Shown here: positions 48,732-58,089 of the stretch, piece by piece
How positions within the stretch are numbered: the stretch's first letter is position 1
Layout of the letters: each line of letters begins with the position of its first letter
Assembly: GCA_016432485.1 (NCBI GenBank)
Contig: CP066691.1
Location: 11,348 to 75,347, forward strand
Source of the DNA: Candidatus Niyogibacteria bacterium
Lineage (GTDB): Bacteria > Patescibacteriota > Minisyncoccia > HO2-45-28
Length of the DNA: 64,000 nt
Direction of reading: 5' to 3'
Program-made: the position numbers and the translations under genes
The notes under the pieces: generated by a model
The model's input: only the letters and a program-made list of their open reading frames with translations
Database searches by the model: none
What the model was told of the DNA's origin: nothing

Positions 48732-48887
48732 TTATCCACAATAGAGGATTTGATTGTTTTTTAGAGTAAAGTGGTATAAAATTATATATAAGTGGTGAAT
48801 TGTGGATAAATCTGTGGATAGTGTGGATAAATACCGATATTGCCTACGAACGGAGTGAGTAGACGCAATATCGAGCGTTTATCCACC
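48732..48887. promoter_or_regulatory. Cluster of DnaA-box-like and MraZ-box-like (GTGG) motifs upstream of mraZ
   Basis: TTATCCACA 48732; TGTGGATAA 48801 and 48822; TGTGGATAG 48813; TTATCCACC 48879; GTGG at 48771, 48792, 48802, 48814, 48823. Confidence 0.6.
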
Positions 48888-48988
48888 CTCACACCCAAAA
48901 ATCACGTATTATGTTCAATTTTTATGAATCATATTCAAGGAGAGAATTAAAAGCGACGCCCCCCAAGTTGTTTTTGGGTGTGAGGGTG
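48884..48988. mobile_element. MITE-like 105-bp element with perfect 18-bp terminal inverted repeats
   Basis: caccctcacacccaaaaa ... tttttgggtgtgagggtg. Confidence 0.5.
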
Positions 48989-49047
48989 CGCAATTTTACA
49001 ACCAAAATTTCTTCGCCTAACGGCTCGAAATTTTGGGAAAAATTGGC

Positions 49048-49482
49048 ATGTTAATAGGCGAATTTCAGCACATATTGGACTCCAAAAAACGGGTGGCATT
49101 ACCTGCCAAATTAAGGCGTGAACTTGGTAAAAACGCCGTAATTACGCGCGGATTGGATAAATGCCTTTTTGTTTATCCTCTTAAAGAATGGGAAAAAGTC
49201 GCCGAAAAACTTTCAAATCTTCCGGTGGGGCAAGCCGCCAACAGAAGTTTCGTGCGTTTGTTTTTGGCCGGAGCGGCTTATGTTGAAACAGACCAACTCG
49301 GGCGCGTTTTGGTTCCGGACTATTTGAAAGAATACGCCGGCCTTTCGGAAAGAGTGGTAATAGCCGGCGTTTACAAGCGTTTGGAAATTTGGGACGCGAC
49401 CAGATGGGATAGTTATAAGCGGGAAATAGAAAAGCAGGCGGATGTTTTGGCGGAAAAACTCGGCGAGATCGGGGCCTACTAG
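49048..49482 (+). CDS. mraZ: Transcriptional regulator MraZ
   Basis: MLIGEFQH.LD.K.R..LP, D..GR.L.P, LEIWD. Confidence 0.95.
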   Translation: MLIGEFQHILDSKKRVALPAKLRRELGKNAVITRGLDKCLFVYPLKEWEKVAEKLSNLPVGQAANRSFVRLFLAGAAYVETDQLGRVLVPDYLKEYAGLSERVVIAGVYKRLEIWDATRWDSYKREIEKQADVLAEKLGEIGAY

Positions 49483-49485
49483 GGT

Positions 49486-50376
49486 ATGGTCCACATTCCT
49501 GTTCTTTTAAACGAAGCCATAAAATTTTTACAGCCGGAAAAAGGAGGGGCTTTTATTGACGCGACAGCCGACGGCGGAGGTCACACGAAAGAAATTTTAA
49601 AAAGAATGGCCCCAAATGCCATTCTGGTAGCCGTAGACAGAGACGCGAAAGCCATAAAAAATTTGCAAGAAAAATTCGCGCTCAAACGCCGTCTCAAAAC
49701 GGTTGCCGGAAATTTCAGAAATCTGAAAAAACTCGTCTCAAAATTTTCCAAGTCCTATGACGGCATACTTTTTGACCTGGGGATGAGTTCAAACCAGCTG
49801 GAAGCGTCGGGCAGGGGATTTTCATTTCAAAAAGACGAACCGCTTATTATGACCTTTGAATCAAGCCCTGAACCCGGCCAATTGACGGCGGCCGAGATTA
49901 TAAATACTTGGCCCGAAGAGAAGCTGGCTGAAATTTTTTGGAAATACGGCCAAGAACGCGATTCAAGGCGAATAGCCCGAATGATTGTTCAGGAAAGGAA
50001 GCGCTCAAGAATTTTAAGCTCCGCCCAATTGGCCGGACTGATAGGCGATTTTCGGAAAGCCAAATACTCCGGGATAAATCCCGCCACCAAAGTTTTTCAG
50101 GCCTTGAGAATCGCGGTTAACGACGAATTGCCGGCCCTTGAAGAAGGTTTGTCCGAGGCCTGGGATCTTTTGATTGAGGGCGGACGGATCGCGGTCATAT
50201 CTTTCCATTCTTTGGAAGACAGGATAGTGAAAAATTTTTTCAGAAACAAAAAAAATGAAGGCGTTGCCGAAATTTTAACCAAAAAACCTCTGCGCCCGGC
50301 GATTGAAGAAATAAAGCAAAACCCGCGTTCGCGTTCAGCTAAATTGCGCTCGGCTACTAAATTAAAAAATGAGTAA
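49486..50376 (+). CDS. rsmH: 16S rRNA m4C1402 methyltransferase
   Basis: HIPVLL, DLGMSS.QL, FQALRIAVN.EL, SFHSLEDR, NPRSRSAKLR. Confidence 0.95.
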   Translation: MVHIPVLLNEAIKFLQPEKGGAFIDATADGGGHTKEILKRMAPNAILVAVDRDAKAIKNLQEKFALKRRLKTVAGNFRNLKKLVSKFSKSYDGILFDLGMSSNQLEASGRGFSFQKDEPLIMTFESSPEPGQLTAAEIINTWPEEKLAEIFWKYGQERDSRRIARMIVQERKRSRILSSAQLAGLIGDFRKAKYSGINPATKVFQALRIAVNDELPALEEGLSEAWDLLIEGGRIAVISFHSLEDRIVKNFFRNKKNEGVAEILTKKPLRPAIEEIKQNPRSRSAKLRSATKLKNE

Positions 50377-50701
50377 TTTTAAAAAAACAATTTTATATCC
50401 GTCATATTCAAGAACCGATGCCTTAAACTTCAGGGTCTTTTGGATTTCGGCCTTCTTTCTGGCGGCGTTTCTGCTGGTTTATATTTATTCCGTTTATCTG
50501 ACAATTGATTTATCATACGGAATAGAAAAAGAACTGCGGCTAATTAAAAGCGAAAGTATTGCTTATCAGCAAATTGAGGAACAGTATATCAATAAACTGG
50601 AAAGTCTTCAGGACGCGGGCCGCCAGACGCTTGGTTTGGCAGCGCCTAAGAAGCAATCTTTTGTAGAACGTTACAGCGCCGTGGCTCGGGCCGGATTATA
50701 A
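50369..50701 (+). CDS. FtsL-like cell division protein (positional call)
   Basis: Single TM plus coiled coil between rsmH and ftsI. Confidence 0.55.
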   Translation: MSNFKKTILYPSYSRTDALNFRVFWISAFFLAAFLLVYIYSVYLTIDLSYGIEKELRLIKSESIAYQQIEEQYINKLESLQDAGRQTLGLAAPKKQSFVERYSAVARAGL

Positions 50702-50718
50702 ATTAAATTTCTAACGGG

Positions 50719-52431
50719 ATGAAATCGCAACTTGACGGCAGGATGCTTGCTGTTACATGTATCTTGAGCGTTTTCGGCTTGATTATCGTCAGCCGATTAT
50801 TTTTTCTGCAGGTCGTATCTCGCTCGTACTACCAAACTTTGGCCGAACGTCAGCATATATCTTCTAAGGACGCGAGCGTCCGGCGGGGCAATATTTACTT
50901 TCGTGAAAAAGACGGGGGCCTTTTTTCCGTAGCCACCGTCAAAAGCGGATATTTGGTTTACGTTGACCCCAGAAAAATAAAAGATGCGGAACTCGTTTAT
51001 GAAGCCTTGTTAAAATTTTTCCCGGAAATAGATCGGGAGGATTTTTTGAACCGCGCCTCTAAAAAAAATGACCCCTTTGAAATCGTAGCCAGGCGCGCGT
51101 CTTCCGAATTAGCTCAAAGCGTTTTAGAACTGGAACTTGCGGGCGTTGGCGTTTCGCCGGAGGAATGGCGGTTTTATCCGGCCAAGGAACTGGCTTCGTC
51201 AGTTGTCGGATTCGCGGGATATAAAGACGACGAAATTGTCGGCCGGTACGGCATTGAGTATTCTCAGGAAGATTTGCTGAAGGGCAGCGAAAATTATTTG
51301 CAGGGGCGCCGGACCCTTGCCGGAACTTTTCTTGATTGGGGGAAAAAAATTTTTCCGGGAGTAAAATCTTCGGGTAGCGTGGTTTTGACCATAGAACCGC
51401 AGGCGCAGTTTTTTTTGGAAAAGGTTTTGGACGACGCGTATAAGAAATGGAAAGTCCAGCGCGCGGGCGCGATTGTGATGGATCCGGCAACCGGCCGCAT
51501 TTTGGCCATGGCCGTTCGCCCGGCGTTTGACCCGAACCATTACGGTGAAGTTGAGTCTCTCGGCGTTTTCATTAATCCGATAACCGAACATATTTATGAG
51601 CTGGGCTCGGTTTTTAAACCCCTAACCATGGCCGCGGGTATTGATTTGGGAAAAATTTCTTCAAAGACTACTTATTTTGACCAAGGTTTTCTGGTTATTG
51701 ACGGTAAGCGCATAGAAAATTATGACGGCAAAGGACGCGGAACAGCTGATATGCAGCGGGTGTTGAGTGAATCTTTGAATACGGGCGCGGTTTTCGTTAT
51801 GCGTCAAATCGGGTCCGCGGCTTTGAAAGATTATTTCGGCCGCTTCGGCTTTGGGGGAAAAACCGGCATTGAACTTCCGGGCGAAGTTTCGGGAAGTTTG
51901 GCCAATTTTGAATCGGGCCGGGAAATAGAATCGGCGACGGCCGCTTTCGGGCAGGGAATCGCGGTTACGCCCATTGAATTTTTAAGAGCTATAAGTGTTC
52001 TGGCCAACGGGGGCAAGCTGGTCAGGCCTTTTATTGTTGACAGCATTTTATTTGACGGCGCCCCTGATGAAAAAACAGAACCTCAAATTATAGATGGCAT
52101 TATCAAGCCCGAAACTGCCGAAGAAATAACCAGAATGCTGGTCAAAGTGGTGGATGAAGCTTTGGTCGGCGGCGTTTTAAAAAACGCGCATTATTCCATT
52201 GCGGCCAAAACCGGAACGGCTCAGATGCCCAATGAGTCCGGCAGAGGATATTCCAACGATTATCTTCATGCTTTTTTCGGATACGGTCCGGCTTACAGCG
52301 CTCGTTTTGCCATAGTTATGTTTTTGGTCCGGCCTCAAGGGGCGCGCTACGCCTCCGAAACTTTGTCAGTGCCTTTTATTGAAACAATGAAATTTTTGCT
52401 AAACTATTATAATGTTCCTCCGGACAGATAA
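50719..52431 (+). CDS. ftsI: Class B penicillin-binding protein (FtsI-like)
   Basis: RGNIY, GSVFK, SLN, FGQG, KTGTAQ; dcw position. Confidence 0.82.
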   Translation: MKSQLDGRMLAVTCILSVFGLIIVSRLFFLQVVSRSYYQTLAERQHISSKDASVRRGNIYFREKDGGLFSVATVKSGYLVYVDPRKIKDAELVYEALLKFFPEIDREDFLNRASKKNDPFEIVARRASSELAQSVLELELAGVGVSPEEWRFYPAKELASSVVGFAGYKDDEIVGRYGIEYSQEDLLKGSENYLQGRRTLAGTFLDWGKKIFPGVKSSGSVVLTIEPQAQFFLEKVLDDAYKKWKVQRAGAIVMDPATGRILAMAVRPAFDPNHYGEVESLGVFINPITEHIYELGSVFKPLTMAAGIDLGKISSKTTYFDQGFLVIDGKRIENYDGKGRGTADMQRVLSESLNTGAVFVMRQIGSAALKDYFGRFGFGGKTGIELPGEVSGSLANFESGREIESATAAFGQGIAVTPIEFLRAISVLANGGKLVRPFIVDSILFDGAPDEKTEPQIIDGIIKPETAEEITRMLVKVVDEALVGGVLKNAHYSIAAKTGTAQMPNESGRGYSNDYLHAFFGYGPAYSARFAIVMFLVRPQGARYASETLSVPFIETMKFLLNYYNVPPDR

Positions 52432-52464
52432 AATACCAAACACTAAATATTAAAGTTAAATTAG

Positions 52465-53763
52465 ATGAAACCATTTTTTAAATATATTATTATCGGTATT
52501 TTGGGACTGGAAGCACGGCTGATTATTAAAAAATATAAGCCCGAAATTATCGCTATTACCGGCAGTGTCGGCAAAACCTCGGCTAAGGAGGCGATATACG
52601 CTGTTTTATCCCAAAAATTTTCCGTAAGAAAAAGCGAGAAGAGCTACAATAGCGAGTTAGGCGTGCCTCTGACTTTGATAGGCGAATTAAACCCCTGGTA
52701 CTCCGCGTCCGGCTGGATGAAAGTCATTTTTAAAGGACTGGGGCTGATTTTTAAGAACGACCGTCTTTATCCGAAAAAAATAATAATTGAATTTGGCGCT
52801 GATAGGCCGGGTGATATCGCAAATCTGGCCGGTTTTTTAAAACCATCAATCGGAGTGGTTACGGCCATAGGCGAAATTCCGGTGCATGTTGAATTTTTTT
52901 CGGGGCCCGAAGAATTGGCTAAAGAAAAGGCAAAATTAATTGAGGGGCTTATGAGTTCCGGATGGGCGGTTTTAAACGGCGATGATTATGTTGTTTTGGA
53001 TATGGCTTCAAAAACCCGCGCGAATATTTTAACTTACGGTTTGGGCGCGGATTTAAAATTAAGGGCTTCGGAATACGTTTTGATGTATCGCGACGGCCTT
53101 AATATTCCCGAAGGTATTACCTTCAAGATGGATTATGAAGGGTCAAGCGTGCCGGTCAGAATCTTTAACACTTTTGGAAAACACAATGTTTATAGCGCTC
53201 TTGGCGGCGCGGCTTGCGGAATTATAAACGGAATGAATTTGGTGGAAATTGCCGAAGCGCTGGGCAAATATCAAAGTCCGCCGGGACGCCTTAAACTTAT
53301 TGAGGGCGAAAAGGGGACTTGGATTTTGGATGACACTTATAACGCCGCCCCCCAAGCTATGCACGCGGCCATAGACACCTTGCGGGATTTGCCCGCTAAA
53401 AGAAAAATAGCCGTCATTGGTGATATGCTGGAAATAGGAAAATTTACGATTCAATCGCATCAAAAAGTTGGGGACCAGCTTAAAGGTGTTGCTGATTTCC
53501 TCATTACAGTCGGGCCTCGGGCTAAATTTATAGCTCGGGAACTTTTAGACCACGGATTTGGCGAGAAAAATGTGATAAGCGTTTCCGATTCGTACGAAGC
53601 CGGCAAAGAATTGGAGAGTATCATTGAACCCGAAGACCTTATTTTGGTTAAAGGTTCTCAAGCTATGAGGATGGAGCGGGTGGTTGAAGAAATTATGGCT
53701 CATCCCGAAAAGAAATCCGAGCTGCTTGTCAGACAAGAGCCGGAGTGGTTAAATAAAACTTGA
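52465..53763 (+). CDS. murF: UDP-MurNAc-tripeptide--D-Ala-D-Ala ligase
   Basis: ITGSVGKT, DDTYNA.P, GDMLEIG, VKGS. Confidence 0.9.
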   Translation: MKPFFKYIIIGILGLEARLIIKKYKPEIIAITGSVGKTSAKEAIYAVLSQKFSVRKSEKSYNSELGVPLTLIGELNPWYSASGWMKVIFKGLGLIFKNDRLYPKKIIIEFGADRPGDIANLAGFLKPSIGVVTAIGEIPVHVEFFSGPEELAKEKAKLIEGLMSSGWAVLNGDDYVVLDMASKTRANILTYGLGADLKLRASEYVLMYRDGLNIPEGITFKMDYEGSSVPVRIFNTFGKHNVYSALGGAACGIINGMNLVEIAEALGKYQSPPGRLKLIEGEKGTWILDDTYNAAPQAMHAAIDTLRDLPAKRKIAVIGDMLEIGKFTIQSHQKVGDQLKGVADFLITVGPRAKFIARELLDHGFGEKNVISVSDSYEAGKELESIIEPEDLILVKGSQAMRMERVVEEIMAHPEKKSELLVRQEPEWLNKT

Positions 53764-53797
53764 AAGTTTAAAGGTTTAAAAGTTTCAGGGTTAAAAA

Positions 53798-53870
53798 GCC
53801 CCTATCGTCTAGTGGCCTAGGACGTCAGGTTCTCATCCTGGAAACCGGGGTTCGATTCCCCGTGGGGGCG
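53798..53870 (+). tRNA. tRNA-Glu(CTC), CCA not encoded
   Basis: GCCCCTA/TGGGGGC stem, anticodon loop TTCTCAT, GTTCGATTC T-loop. Confidence 0.93.
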
Positions 53871-53889
53871 CGAGTAAGACGAAAAAGTA

Positions 53890-54909
53890 TTATAACTCCA
53901 TCAGAGCCAGAACTCCCTGGTCAAGGATGTATATTTTATTATTCAAAACGGTGAATTGCGGATTTTTGCCTTTGTAAATCGGCTGGATGTTGCGTGAGCC
54001 GCGGCCGTCAATTTCAGAGGCAAAAATTCCGTTCGCAAACGCGATTACAGCCAGGTCGCTTCTTTTTGGGAAAAAAGACGCTCCGCGGATCTGCGATTTC
54101 GTTTCAAAGACCAATTCGTCGGAAGAAGACAAAAAGTAAGGCAGGGGAGTTGCGAGCCAGTTAACCCAGACATTTTTATTGTCGTAGCGCATTTCCGCTT
54201 TTTGGCGGTAATCCAAAGCAGAGGCAGAATCCGGCTCTGCCAGCGCATCGTCTAATTTAGCGGATATTTTTTTGGCAGAGACCGATCTTTTTGAAAAATC
54301 AAAAGTCAAAGAAAGCGTTTTATTGTCAAAAAAAACTTCAGCCGAACCTTTTTTCCAGGAAACAATTTTTAAGGGACTTTCGCTTGTAAGCAATTTTTTG
54401 GAAACCGAAGTAGCCGGGCTTAAGAATTCATTTTCGGCCGGCAAATAAAAAGTCAGAGTATAAGCGTCGCCCTTTTTTTCTTCCAATAAAAGCAAAGAAT
54501 TATCGTTTGACGCCAAGAGCGATTCAAAGGGGCCGTTTAAGAGCATTTTGCCGTTTATATTTTGAGGAAGCATAAACGCCTTGGCTTCGGCTACCGCGCT
54601 TTCGGTCACAATAAGTTTTTTGGTCCACGGCCAGAATCCGTCTTTTGAAACCGCGACCGAATAAGTCCCCGGAGTCAGGTCTTGTATAAAAACCCCGCTT
54701 TGAAGAAAATTGGTGTTCTTAACAAATTTTCCGTTTAAATATACTTCGGCTCCGGCTTCTGGCACGGCGATAAAAAGTCCGCCGATTCTTTTTATTGTAA
54801 GGTCGGAAGTAAGCCGCCAGCCGGTGGTATAAAAAACTATGGGCGGAGCGATGATTAAAAAAACCAGCGTTGAAAGCCAGAATAATTTTCTGCGATTTTT
54901 AAGAGTCAT
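53890..54909 (-). CDS. PEGA domain membrane-anchored protein
   Basis: N-terminal TM; P.AGAEVYLNG...L.PG.Y.V.VSKDGF.PW.K. Confidence 0.75.
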   Translation of the reverse strand: MTLKNRRKLFWLSTLVFLIIAPPIVFYTTGWRLTSDLTIKRIGGLFIAVPEAGAEVYLNGKFVKNTNFLQSGVFIQDLTPGTYSVAVSKDGFWPWTKKLIVTESAVAEAKAFMLPQNINGKMLLNGPFESLLASNDNSLLLLEEKKGDAYTLTFYLPAENEFLSPATSVSKKLLTSESPLKIVSWKKGSAEVFFDNKTLSLTFDFSKRSVSAKKISAKLDDALAEPDSASALDYRQKAEMRYDNKNVWVNWLATPLPYFLSSSDELVFETKSQIRGASFFPKRSDLAVIAFANGIFASEIDGRGSRNIQPIYKGKNPQFTVLNNKIYILDQGVLALMEL

Positions 54910-54932
54910 AATGTTATTGTATTATCGTAGTT

Positions 54933-55538
54933 ATGGCGCATAAAAGCAAGCTGATTATGGGAGTGGATGAAGCGGGACGCGGGCCGCTGGCCGGACCCGT
55001 GACGCTCGCGGCAATACTCTGTTCCCGTAAATCCGCGGCGATTTTTAAGGGAATTAAAGATTCTAAACACTTAAGCCCGAAAGCTCGAGAAAAATGGCTG
55101 AAAAAAATTAAAAATCATCCAGGAATTTTTTATGCCGCGACTTCGGTCGGTCCGTCAATCATAGACCGTTTTGGCATATCAAAAGCGATTAGAATCGCAA
55201 TCGCGCGGCTTTTGCGAAAATCGTTTGGCGGCGCGGCCGTAAAGAATGGGAGGTTTGGGGAGCAAACCCAGATTCTTCTTGACGGCAGTTTGAAGGCGCC
55301 CGCGATTTACACTCAAAAGACAATCATCAAAGGTGATGAGAAAATTCCGGTAATAGCCGCGGCCTCCGTGGTTGCTAAAGTTTCCAGAGACCGCAAAATG
55401 GTTCGTCTTGCCGGTTTATTCCCTCAATACGCTTTTGATATCCATAAAGGCTACGGCACGCGCCTGCATTATAAAATGCTTAAAAAACACGGCCCTTGTG
55501 AAATTCACAGAATTTCGTTTTTAAGCAATTTTTTATAA
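54933..55538 (+). CDS. rnhB: Ribonuclease HII
   Basis: GVDEAGRGPLAGPV, DSK, AAAS..AKV.RD, HKGYGT..H. Confidence 0.95.
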   Translation: MAHKSKLIMGVDEAGRGPLAGPVTLAAILCSRKSAAIFKGIKDSKHLSPKAREKWLKKIKNHPGIFYAATSVGPSIIDRFGISKAIRIAIARLLRKSFGGAAVKNGRFGEQTQILLDGSLKAPAIYTQKTIIKGDEKIPVIAAASVVAKVSRDRKMVRLAGLFPQYAFDIHKGYGTRLHYKMLKKHGPCEIHRISFLSNFL

Positions 55539-55662
55539 AAGTGTCCTGACTACGTATCATTTGACAAAAAAGTCATATCTGTTATACTCCGAATGGAATG
55601 GAGTTTTGGTTTGTCCGGAGCAAAGGCTTCGGGCGTTTGATAAAGTGAAATAACGAAGGAGG

Positions 55663-56097
55663 ATGGAAATGTCCTACGTCGCCTTAGCAGCTTTGTTTGC
55701 TGTTCTTAGCGTCATTTTTTATCTATTACCCGTATTTTCTAAAGACTCTTCATCGCGTCTTATTTCATTTTTTGTCGGTACAATATTTTTCGCGATGGCT
55801 TTAGCCGTTGCTCGTTTCATTGGTTTTGGCCATATAGGCGACATTCATTTACTTTATCAAGATGCCATATATAAAGTTGTGGGCACAGCGACAGACATTA
55901 CTGATTCGATGAAAGTCATTTTTGTGCGCGACCGAAAAGATCCCTCAAAACTTCTTGTTATACGCAGTGAAAAAAGTTTTCCAATCGGAGCTTTTGTGGA
56001 AGTTGTCGGGGTTCCCGGCTGTAAAAGCCAGAATAAGGGAGTGCTCTGCAAAGAACTTCGGCAGGCATTTCCGGCTCCTGCCGCAAAAAAGGAATAG
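55663..56097 (+). CDS. Hypothetical membrane protein (solitary gene with own promoter and terminator)
   Basis: TTGACA-N16-TATACT at 55561-55588, AAGGAGG RBS, two TM segments, hairpin 56109-56134. Confidence 0.6.
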   Translation: MEMSYVALAALFAVLSVIFYLLPVFSKDSSSRLISFFVGTIFFAMALAVARFIGFGHIGDIHLLYQDAIYKVVGTATDITDSMKVIFVRDRKDPSKLLVIRSEKSFPIGAFVEVVGVPGCKSQNKGVLCKELRQAFPAPAAKKE

Positions 56098-56177
56098 AAA
56101 TTTGTTTAAGGGCGCGATCTGAATATCGCGCCCTGATTCTTTTGACAGCGTTTTATCAATTATATATAATAAACTCA

Positions 56178-56459
56178 ATGGTTGTCAGAATGCGTCATAC
56201 AAAGGGCCATACGGGCCGCAGGCGTTCGCATCACGCCCTGTCCGCTAGCGCGACTGTTTTATGCCCGAAATGCGGAGAATTAAAACTGCCGCAGAGGGTT
56301 TGTTCGAATTGCGGAACCTATAAAGGCCGCGAGGTTATTGATGTTTTAAAAAAATTAAGCAAAAAAGAAAAGAAAAGGAAAGAAAAAGAGCTCGCGAAAC
56401 AAGAAACCGAGCGAGCCGAGTCCAAGACGCTTGACGCAGCCGAGTTATCGCGGAAATAA
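56178..56459 (+). CDS. rpmF: 50S ribosomal protein L32 with C-terminal extension
   Basis: RRSH.AL...CPKCGE...VC.NCG.YKGR. Confidence 0.9.
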   Translation: MVVRMRHTKGHTGRRRSHHALSASATVLCPKCGELKLPQRVCSNCGTYKGREVIDVLKKLSKKEKKRKEKELAKQETERAESKTLDAAELSRK

Positions 56460-56504
56460 AATAACGAATTAGCAGTTGATAATCGCAAATTGAAAATTTT
56501 TTAA

Positions 56505-57395
56505 ATGGCCAATCGTCACCTTTCCCGCAGCATAGTTTTGCAGACCCTCTTTGAATGGGATTTTAACGGTTTTGTTTCAAAGAGCGCGGATGCCGGGCTT
56601 GAGCGCAATTTAAGCGAATTCGCTCCCGGACTTGAAGACGGCGGTTTTTCCAAAAAATTGATTAAGGGCATTGTTAAAAAGCGAAAGGAGCTGGATAAAA
56701 TCATTGAAAAAGCGGCGCCCGAATGGCCTTTGGCGCAAATCGCGATGATTGATCGCAATGTTCTGCGCATCGGACTTTACGAGCTTATTTTCGGCGACCG
56801 AAAAGAGGTGCCTCCGAAAGTTGCCATCAACGAAGCGATAGAACTGGCCAAGACTTTCGGCGGCGATTCATCCGGCAGGTTCGTCAACGGGGTTCTGGGC
56901 ACGGTTTACCGCGAAATGGGCGAGCCGGGCAAAGACGACGACAGTCAAAAAAAGAAAAAAATAGCCGACCCGTCAAAACTTCCCCGAGAAGAATTGGGCG
57001 GGGGTGTTGTGTATCGGCGCGAAAATGGAAAATTAAGTTTCGCTTTGGTGCATGATGTTTTCGGATACTGGACGCTTTCCAAGGGACATCTTGAGGAGGA
57101 TGAGGATGCCCGTCAAGGAACTAGCCGCGAACTTGCCGAAGAGCTGGGACTTAAAAATCTGGAACTGCTTGAAGAAATAGGAGTTAATGAATACATCGCT
57201 TCAGACCCCAAAAAAGGTCCGGTCAGGCGGCGCGTATCCTATTTTTTAGTTGAAGCAAAAGATAAAGATTTGCGGCTTGGGCCATCTGGCGGATTGGATG
57301 ACGCCCGATGGTTCAGCATTGAAGAAATGGAAGATTTAAAAATATATGACGATATCCGTCCGCTTATTCAAAAAGCGCTTTTGAAATTAAAATGA
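56505..57395 (+). CDS. nusB: NusB fused to a C-terminal NUDIX domain
   Basis: IDRNVLR, VAINEAIELAK.FG...FVNGVL; KGHLEEDE.....RELAEELG NUDIX box. Confidence 0.88.
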   Translation: MANRHLSRSIVLQTLFEWDFNGFVSKSADAGLERNLSEFAPGLEDGGFSKKLIKGIVKKRKELDKIIEKAAPEWPLAQIAMIDRNVLRIGLYELIFGDRKEVPPKVAINEAIELAKTFGGDSSGRFVNGVLGTVYREMGEPGKDDDSQKKKKIADPSKLPREELGGGVVYRRENGKLSFALVHDVFGYWTLSKGHLEEDEDARQGTSRELAEELGLKNLELLEEIGVNEYIASDPKKGPVRRRVSYFLVEAKDKDLRLGPSGGLDDARWFSIEEMEDLKIYDDIRPLIQKALLKLK

Positions 57396-58084
57396 GAGAA
57401 TTTTCAAACTTTGAGCAGGAAATAGGCTATTCTTTTCAAAGTAAGGATTTGCTTACCGAAGCTTTTACCCACCGTTCTTATTTGAATGAGAATCCGTCCT
57501 GGCCTGGCGCCCATAACGAGCGTCTGGAATTTTTAGGAGACGCTGTTTTGGAATTGATAATCACCGAATATCTTTTTTACCGATTTCCCGAAAAGCCGGA
57601 AGGCGAATTAACCAGTCTTCGGGCGGCTCTTGTTAATGCCGGCATGCTTTCAAGCGTCGCTTCGGACATGGAAATGAATAATTTTTTGCTTTTGTCGCGC
57701 GGAGAAGCCAAGGATGTCGGGCGGGCCAGAGGTTATATTTTGGCTAACGCGGTGGAGGCGTTGATAGGCGCTTTGTATCTTGACGGCGGGCAGAGCGCCG
57801 CCAAAAATTTTATTGATAAATATATCGCGGTTAAAACCGATCTGGTTTTGGAAAAGCATTTATACCGCGACGCCAAAAGTCTTTTTCAGGAGAAAGCGCA
57901 GGATATTATCGGTATTACTCCCAATTATAAAGTTCTTGAAGAATGGGGGCCTGACCACGATAAACATTTTGTTATAGGGGTCTTTATCGGAGATGAACTT
58001 GCGGCTTCAGGCGAAGGTCCCTCAAAGCAAACTGCCGAACAGAATGCCGCCGAGGATGCGCTGAAAGTTAAGGGCTGGCAGTGA
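57392..58084 (+). CDS. rnc: Ribonuclease III
   Basis: NERLEFLGDAVL, EALIGALYLD, dsRBD. Confidence 0.95.
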   Translation: MREFSNFEQEIGYSFQSKDLLTEAFTHRSYLNENPSWPGAHNERLEFLGDAVLELIITEYLFYRFPEKPEGELTSLRAALVNAGMLSSVASDMEMNNFLLLSRGEAKDVGRARGYILANAVEALIGALYLDGGQSAAKNFIDKYIAVKTDLVLEKHLYRDAKSLFQEKAQDIIGITPNYKVLEEWGPDHDKHFVIGVFIGDELAASGEGPSKQTAEQNAAEDALKVKGWQ

Positions 58085-58089
58085 GCTCT

